Source: Candidatus Eiseniibacteriota bacterium (lineage in GTDB: Bacteria > Eisenbacteria > RBG-16-71-46). From it: a stretch of 11,244 nt of DNA. The number at the start of each line of letters is the position of its first letter. The stretch's first letter is position 1. Positions 1 to 5,315 of this stretch are shown one piece after another. The position numbers and the translations under genes were made by a program. The stretch is taken from positions 1 to 11,244 of the forward strand of contig JANLOX010000391.1 in NCBI GenBank assembly GCA_031366795.1, given 5' to 3'. The notes below the pieces were generated by a model. That model saw only the letters and a program-made list of their open reading frames with translations, made no database searches and was not told the DNA's origin.

Positions 1-60
1 GGACCACCTCACCCATTTTTTTACCCGATGCCCTGCGTGTTGGGCTGTGCATCTATCTAC

Positions 61-128
61 GCGCCCCTAAAACCCGAATGCTTTACCCCACTCGTTCGGG
101 CGCGGGCACTCCCGCCCGCGCCGGGCGC
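61..128 (+). other. Predicted three-way-junction stem-loop structure upstream of the HNH gene
   Basis: GCGCCC 61-66 pairs with GGGCGC 123-128. CCCGAATG 73-80 pairs with CGTTCGGG 93-100 (one G-U). CGCGGGC 101-107 pairs with GCCCGCG 114-120. Confidence 0.4.
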
Positions 129-162
129 CCCCGCCAACCGCCCCCGTGGAAGGCGTTGCATC

Positions 163-1500
163 GTGAGTGTTTATTTGCTGGCGCACTTGGATGATTTGGC
201 TCTCGAAGTTGGCTACGACCGGTTGGATCCGCGGAATTGCAAGGATCAGGCGGTGATGCTCGCGCACCTCGCCGAGATCGACTCGCGCAAGCTCTATCGG
301 CCGGCCGGATATCCCTCGATGGCGGCCTACTGCCTGTACAACAAGCACATGGCCGAGGACACGGCGTGCAAGCGCATCACAGCGGCGCGCGCGGGGTTAC
401 AGTTTCCGGCGATCTTCGAGTTTCTCGCCGACGCGCGGCTGCATCTGAGCGCCGTGGTGATGCTGGCGCCGCATCTCACCGCGGGGAATGTAGGCGAGCG
501 CCTCAAGTCCGCGACACACAAGACGAAAACGGAAATCAAGGTGATCCTCGCGGAGCTCTTCCCGCAGCCTGAAAGTCTCGAACTGGTGTGCGCATTTCCC
601 GAAGCGCGAGAAACGACAGACCCGCTTGAAGCGGGACAGGTGCAGGGCGGTTTAGCGGAGGCAAACGAGCTACCCGCCCGGGGGCGGGTAGCTCCCTCCG
701 CCCCGTCGTCGAGCGTCACGCCAATCGCTCGCGGGCGCTACACGCTCCAAGTCACCGTCGACCAGGACACATATGCGCTACTGCAACGCGCGCAGGAGTT
801 GCTCAGCCACCAGCTTACCTCGGGCAATCTCGCGCAGGTGTTTCATTTGGCGCTGGAGTCGCTGGTCGGCAAGCTCGAGTAGCGCAAATTCGCGGCGACC
901 AATCGCCCGCTTCGTACGACTCGCCCGAGCTGGGCGGCGCGCACAATCCCGGCGCATGTCCGTCGCGCCGTCTGGGAGCGCGACGGTGGCCAGTGCACAT
1001 TCACCAGCGAGACGGGACAGCGCTGTTGCTCCCGTGAGCGGATCGAGTTCGACCACATCGATGAGGTCGCGCGCGGTGGCGAGGCGAGCGTCGACGCGGC
1101 ATAATGCCGCGCCCACAACCAGTACACGGCTGAACGCACGTTTGGCGCGGGATTCATGGAACAGAAGCGCGAGGAGGCACGCGAGCGGGCGGAAGCGGCG
1201 CGGGTTGCGAGGGCAGCAGACGCGGCGGCGGTACGCGCGGCGAAAGCAGAGGCCGCAGCGGCCGCCCGCGCGAAGGCTCGCGCCGAAATCGAACAGGTCG
1301 ACCAGCGAAACGTGATCCCGTGGCTGCTCGAGCTGGGATTTCGAATCGAACAGGCGCGGCGCGCTGCGGAGTATTGCGCGGACATGATCGAGACGCCACT
1401 GGAGCAACGGGTCCGCGCGGCGCTCGCGTACTTGCATCGGGCGCGTGCGAGTTCAGGGCGCGAGACGGGCGCCGCGACGCACGCTGCGTACTCGACGTGA
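163..1500 (+). pseudogene. DUF222-like / HNH endonuclease with a RuvA-C-like tail, interrupted by in-frame stops TAG 880-882 and TAA 1102-1104
   Basis: ORFs 28..882 and 1156..1500 share a frame. The gap translates as KLE*RKFAATNRP...IPAHVRRAVWERDGGQCTFTSETGQRCCSRERIEFDHIDEVARGGEASVDAA*CRAHNQY...FGAGFMEQK, an HNH/Zn-finger domain. The N-terminal LAHLAEIDSRKLY..AGYPSMAAYC and RLHLSAVVMLAPHLT segments are typical of this multicopy HNH family. The C-terminal LLELGFRIEQARRA...LEQRVRAAL resembles RuvA domain III. Likely start is GTG 163 with GGAAGG at 148-153. Confidence 0.8.
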
Positions 1501-1532
1501 GCGCGACACGTCGCCGCGCTCCCAGCCGTCAC

Positions 1533-1575
1533 GCACCCGGAGTGAACGCGAGTTACCGTCGCTCACTCGCGGTGC
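1533..1575. other. Imperfect hairpin between convergent genes (possible terminator-like or REP-like element)
   Basis: GCACC 1533-1537 pairs with GGTGC 1571-1575, GAGTGA 1540-1545 with TCACTC 1563-1568, and GCGA 1548-1551 with TCGC 1559-1562. There is no U-tract on either side. Confidence 0.35.
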
Positions 1576-1592
1576 AGGCGACCCGCCCGCGC

Positions 1593-2390
1593 TCACCCGC
1601 CCCCACTCTCCTGCGCCTTCAACATCTCCTGCATCAGGCTTGCATTTCTCGCGGCCTGCCCTGCGTGGCAATTGTTGAAGAACAGGTAGGTCCGGCGCGC
1701 CTGTTCGGCGAGTTCGGTGACCTTCTTCATCCACTCGCGCAATTCGCTTTCGCGATAGTCGTAATCATATCGATCGCCGCCACCGCGGCCCCACCAGGTG
1801 GTGGAGTTGCGGCCGTGGAATCGTACGTAGCCATCCTCTGCGGTCTTGAGCACGACGGGCGGCACAAGGCCGGGTAAGGGCGGCTCGTCCACCGCGCAGA
1901 AGCCGAGATCCAGTGCACGCAACTCGGGCCCAAGCGCCGGCGTGATCCAGGAGTTATGCCGAAACTCCACGAACAGTGGTTCGCCTTCGAACCGCCCGCG
2001 CAGCTCGCGCAATCGCTGCTCGTTCACGGGAGTGCGCTTGAAGCCCCAGGGGAATTGCGCAAGCAGGCCATCGTACTTGTTGGCGGCCTTGAGCGGCTCG
2101 ATCGCGGCGAGGAAGTTGCGATACAGGGCGTCATCGTTCGTCGCTGCATGAGTCATCGATTGGTGCAGCTTGGCGATGAAGCGGAATCCGGGCGGCGTCT
2201 TACGCTCCATCTGCTCGAGCGTTTTGGGCGGCGGGATGCGGTAGTAGGTGACGTTGATCTCGACCACCGGGAAGCGCTCGGCGTAGTAACTCAAGAACTC
2301 GCCGGACTTCATGCCCTTCGGGTAGAAATTCCCGACCCAGTCGGGGAACGAGTAGCCAGACGTGCCCACCAACACTTCGCCGCGCGGCAT
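1593..2390 (-). CDS. DUF72 (YecE-like) TIM-barrel protein
   Basis: Characteristic motifs VGTSGYSFPDW.GNFYP, VEINVTYY, LLAQFP, VEFRHNSW, VDEP, YVRFHGRN, YDYDY...EL..W and FFNNCHAGQAARNA. Start is ATG 2390 or GTG 2393. Confidence 0.93.
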   Translation of the reverse strand: MPRGEVLVGTSGYSFPDWVGNFYPKGMKSGEFLSYYAERFPVVEINVTYYRIPPPKTLEQMERKTPPGFRFIAKLHQSMTHAATNDDALYRNFLAAIEPLKAANKYDGLLAQFPWGFKRTPVNEQRLRELRGRFEGEPLFVEFRHNSWITPALGPELRALDLGFCAVDEPPLPGLVPPVVLKTAEDGYVRFHGRNSTTWWGRGGGDRYDYDYRESELREWMKKVTELAEQARRTYLFFNNCHAGQAARNASLMQEMLKAQESGGG

Positions 2391-2488
2391 CACCTAGGCG
2401 TCTTCCTGCGGTGGCCGCGTCTTAGACGCCAACACTTCGCCGCGCGCCATCGCCTATGCACCCTCCCGCGGGAGCCGGGTCTTCGACG
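2369..2488. repeat. Diverged 2 x 60-bp tandem duplication spanning the dinB 3' end and the DUF72 5' end
   Basis: 2369-2428 and 2429-2488 align without gaps with 49/60 identities by hand count. Both copies begin ccaacacttcgccgcgcg. Confidence 0.9.
2394..2450 (-). CDS. Putative 18-aa chimeric mini-ORF MARGEVLASKTRPPQEDA created by the duplication
   Basis: ATG 2450 lies 3 nt after the dinB TAG, and its own TAG 2396-2394 lies 3 nt before the DUF72 ATG. GGAGG lies upstream within the dinB end. Translation is not demonstrated. Confidence 0.35.
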   Translation of the reverse strand: MARGEVLASKTRPPQEDA

Positions 2489-3722
2489 ACATTGTTCCGA
2501 ACGGTACGTGCGTCGCCTTGCCCCGCTGCCTCAAGGTTGCGGCGGGCACCACGGCCACCTCGCCCAGCTTGTTGCGCACCGCATCCAATGCGCGATTGAG
2601 CTTCTCGGTCTTCTCGTTGACCGAGAACAGGTCGATCTGCTCGCTCTGCGGGCTCGGCTCGAGCCCCGACATGCTGACGCCCAGCAGCCGCAACGCTTCA
2701 CCTCGCCAATTTTCGCGGAACAGCGCTCGCGCGACCTCGAAGATGGGATGGGCCTGCTGCGTGTGCGCGGTGAGCGCGCGCTGGCGGCTGCGAGTGGTGA
2801 ACGACGAATCGCGAAGCCGCACGTTGACGACCCGCCCCACGAACTTCTCCTTGCGCAATCTGCGCCCCACCTGGTCGGACAATCGCAGCAGGATGGCCTC
2901 GAGTTGCTCGCGGTCGCTCGAATCCTTGTCGAGCGTGACCTCGTGGCCCATCGATTTGGGATCGACCCCTTCGTAGCTGGGAACCAACGGTGTCTCGTCC
3001 TCGCCCCACGCGGCCTCGCGCAGTTGCGGGCCGATGACGCCGTAGGCCGCCGTCAGCGCGGCCGGCGGCGCCTTGGCGAGATCGCCGATGGTCTTGATCT
3101 GCATCGCGCGCATGCGTTCGGCGAGCTTGGGACCCACGCCCCACAGTTCCTGGATGTCCATGGGCCAGAACAGTTCGCGGAATCCGGCTTGATCGAGCGC
3201 GGTGATGCCCTTTGGTTTGTGGCTGCCCGCGGCCATCTTGGCGATCAACTTGTTGGGGCCGATGCCGATAGAGGCGCCGAGTTCGAATTTCTCGGCGATC
3301 TCGGCCTGGATGCGCCGGGCGAGGTCGAGCCCGAATTCGAGCGAGGTGTCGCGCGCCGCCATGCCTAGGAACGCCTCATCGACGCTGAACGGTTCCACAT
3401 CGGGCGTGTAGGTTGTATAGAGGCTGAGCAGCTTGAGCGAGGTCGCCACGTATTTTTCGGGGTTGCCCTCGACGTACTCCGCCTGCGGGCACAATCGCTT
3501 CGCCTCTTGCAGCGGCATCCCCGCGTGCACGCCGAATGGGCGCGCCTCGTACGAGGCGGCGGTCACGACGCCGCGGCGGTCGGGGTCGCCGCACACGATC
3601 AGCGGGCGGCCGCGCAGGTGCGGATGCTGCGCCTGTTCGACGGACGCGAAGAAGGCGTCCATGTCGACCAGCAGGATCACGCCGTGGCGGTGACGCCGCG
3701 GTTCAGCGGGGGGCAGCGACAT
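2454..3722 (-). CDS. dinB: Y-family DNA polymerase IV (DinB)
   Basis: Catalytic motifs LVDMDAFFASVE, ASYEARPFGV and FSVDEAFL. Also SIGIGPNKLIAKMA, the HhH motif LWGVGPK, little-finger KSMGHEVT and LRLLGVSMS, and a clamp-binding-like QIDLF. Confidence 0.95.
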   Translation of the reverse strand: MSLPPAEPRRHRHGVILLVDMDAFFASVEQAQHPHLRGRPLIVCGDPDRRGVVTAASYEARPFGVHAGMPLQEAKRLCPQAEYVEGNPEKYVATSLKLLSLYTTYTPDVEPFSVDEAFLGMAARDTSLEFGLDLARRIQAEIAEKFELGASIGIGPNKLIAKMAAGSHKPKGITALDQAGFRELFWPMDIQELWGVGPKLAERMRAMQIKTIGDLAKAPPAALTAAYGVIGPQLREAAWGEDETPLVPSYEGVDPKSMGHEVTLDKDSSDREQLEAILLRLSDQVGRRLRKEKFVGRVVNVRLRDSSFTTRSRQRALTAHTQQAHPIFEVARALFRENWRGEALRLLGVSMSGLEPSPQSEQIDLFSVNEKTEKLNRALDAVRNKLGEVAVVPAATLRQRGKATHVPFGTMSSKTRLPREGA

Positions 3723-3728
3723 GACGCA

Positions 3729-3995
3729 TCAGCCTCGGGGTGGCGCGCCCTCCGACCAGGCGCGGCTCAGGATCCAGCGCGGACCACGCGGATCGTAGTA
3801 CAGCTCGTAGGAATCGTTAGACCCGCCTTCCACGGCGAAGTAACGCAGGACAGCCTGGCCATCCCGGCGGTTCCAGCGGCCGGTGACCTGCTTCACCCGC
3901 ACGACCTGCCCCTTCCAGCGAAAACGCAGCGGCTCGAAAGCCCCCCCGGTGAACGCGGTGAGGACATCGACGGGGTCATTGAGTGATTCGAACAT
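3729..3995 (-). CDS. Small beta-rich protein, DUF6504-like (resembles a stand-alone ImuB C-terminal-type domain)
   Basis: 88 aa with the pattern P.RFRWKG...V..V.GRW......RYFAV......YELYYD....WIL. Its stop lies 6 nt upstream of the dinB start. The family assignment is from recalled pattern. Confidence 0.7.
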   Translation of the reverse strand: MFESLNDPVDVLTAFTGGAFEPLRFRWKGQVVRVKQVTGRWNRRDGQAVLRYFAVEGGSNDSYELYYDPRGPRWILSRAWSEGAPPRG

Positions 3996-4014
3996 GGCGC
4001 TTGGTCATGGACGA

Positions 4015-4044
4015 ACATTACTGCACATTTGAGCAGTAACTCAA
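4015..4044 (-). promoter_or_regulatory. Putative sigma70-type promoter for the DUF6504-dinB-DUF72 cassette
   Basis: Minus-strand TTGAGT (4044-4039), an 18-nt spacer, then TAATGT (4020-4015). The palindrome fills the spacer and overlaps both boxes. Confidence 0.5.
4018..4039. promoter_or_regulatory. Palindromic operator TTACTGC-ACATTTGA-GCAGTAA, putative LexA (SOS) box
   Basis: Perfect 7-bp arms. It contains TACTG-N10-CAGTA and, on the minus strand, TGCTC-AAAT-GTGCA. It sits in an AT-rich gap 22 nt upstream of the DUF6504-dinB cassette. Confidence 0.75.
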
Positions 4045-4053
4045 GCATGAATT

Positions 4054-5310
4054 TTACGGGGAAGGCGGGTGCTGCTCGTCGTCTTCCGCACGCCGCCACA
4101 CGAGCGTGGGAGGATTCGGCGGAGGTTGCTGCCCCGGCACCACCGGAGGCGTCTGGAAGGCGCCCTGCGGCGGCGACAGCGGCGCAGGCGAGGGCTCGGC
4201 GGTGGACGTGGGCTCACCGGTGGGCGCGGCCTCGTCGGCAGGCGCGCCCACACCCGGCGATTCGCCGGTCGGCACGCCCCCACCCAGTCCCTCCGCCCAC
4301 TCGCCGGTGTCCGCCCAGTCCTCCGACTCGTGCTGCCACGCCAACTCCAGCAGCCGCGCGCGGCGACGGCGGCGCACCCACGCGAGGGCCGCGAGCAGCA
4401 TGACCACCAGCCACAACGATCCCGAGCCGGCGATCAGCGGCATCCAGCGGTAACGGAACAGGCTCTCGCGCCGCCACGCGGACTCGGCGCGATCCAGCGG
4501 CACGCCGGTCGCGATGCGCCAGGCGCGCTCGAACGAGTGCGTTCTCGATTCGGTCAGGATGTCGCGCACCACCGAGCCGCCGTAGCGCGAAACGCTCCAC
4601 GAGATGAACGCGAACGAAGCCGCGTAGGCCTGGTCTGCCTGGGCCGCGTCGCCGTGGAACAACGGCTCGATCGCATCGAGCTTCGGCAAGTCGTGCGTCA
4701 TCAGGCGGCTCGACAGTTGGAAAACATCCTCGAACTGCCAGGCGCGCGCGGACCATGTCGCCACGCCTTCCTCGAACCACAACGGCACCGCCACGCCCGG
4801 CGCATCGTGAATCAGCAGGTGGGCTGACTCGTGCGCGAGCACCGCCTCGGGAGTGCCATAGGGGTAACGCGCGGCCTGCGCCAGCCGGATCGCACCCATG
4901 CGGATCTCGGGCTGCATGAACCCGGCCGCCCATACCGGCGCCCCGCGATCGAACGCCAGGAATTGCGGATCGCGCATGCCCTTCACGGGGATGAGCAACA
5001 TTGAATAAGGCGCGCGCGGCTGGATTCCCAGTGCCAGCGAGACGCCGCTCACGATCTCCTGCGCCTGCGGCGCCAACGCCTCGAGCGTGCGCTCGGCTCC
5101 CGGCGGCGCGATGAGCGTCACGGAGCCCTCGCTGCGCACGACCGTGCCGTCCGCGCGCGTCACGGAGCGCGAGACCACCGGACCGCTGCCGGTGATCGGC
5201 GTGGGCGACTGGGCGACCGCAAGCGACGCCGCGGCAATCAGCGACGCCGCGAACGACGCGAGCACAACGACCCACAGCAACGCGGCGCCCCGGATCCAGC
5301 GCCGCGCCAT
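4054..5310 (-). CDS. Membrane-anchored zinc metallopeptidase (Peptidase MA / gluzincin-like)
   Basis: LAHESAH (HExxH) followed by PLWFEEGVA. It has an N-terminal signal or TM segment (MARRWIRGAALLWVVVLASF...), a C-terminal TM followed by RRRRR, and an acidic/Pro-rich tail. ATG 5310, 5 nt after the ccmF stop, is preferred to 5403. Confidence 0.8.
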   Translation of the reverse strand: MARRWIRGAALLWVVVLASFAASLIAAASLAVAQSPTPITGSGPVVSRSVTRADGTVVRSEGSVTLIAPPGAERTLEALAPQAQEIVSGVSLALGIQPRAPYSMLLIPVKGMRDPQFLAFDRGAPVWAAGFMQPEIRMGAIRLAQAARYPYGTPEAVLAHESAHLLIHDAPGVAVPLWFEEGVATWSARAWQFEDVFQLSSRLMTHDLPKLDAIEPLFHGDAAQADQAYAASFAFISWSVSRYGGSVVRDILTESRTHSFERAWRIATGVPLDRAESAWRRESLFRYRWMPLIAGSGSLWLVVMLLAALAWVRRRRRARLLELAWQHESEDWADTGEWAEGLGGGVPTGESPGVGAPADEAAPTGEPTSTAEPSPAPLSPPQGAFQTPPVVPGQQPPPNPPTLVWRRAEDDEQHPPSP

Positions 5311-5315
5311 GCCGG

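Noticed and set aside
28..162. N-terminal extension of the HNH ORF from ATG 28
   Set aside because: Family-like sequence begins only at GTG 163, which has an SD-like motif. The extension is Pro/Arg-rich and overlaps the structured leader.
880..2456. Amber (TAG) recoding as an explanation for the in-frame TAGs at 880, 2394 and 2454
   Set aside because: The HNH gene also has a TAA stop, no conserved housekeeping gene here has an internal TAG, and DinB and DUF72 are complete at their TAG/ATG boundaries.
2369..2488. CRISPR mini-array reading of the repeated ccaacacttcgccgcgcg
   Set aside because: There are only two units, the would-be spacers are homologous to each other, the sequence is coding-derived, and no cas genes are present.
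1956..3368. 470-aa plus-strand ORF
   Set aside because: Antisense shadow of dinB/DUF72 with no recognisable motifs. It stays open partly because those genes share a frame and GC-rich codons rarely give antisense stops.
3976..4018. CGAACAT direct repeat (3989 and 4012) and a possible short ORF MTKRHVRITQ from ATG 4008 on the minus strand
   Set aside because: The spacing fits neither GAAC-N4-GTTC nor GTTC-N7-GTTC LexA boxes, and one copy is the start of the coding sequence. The 10-codon ORF has no support beyond lying near the guessed transcription start.
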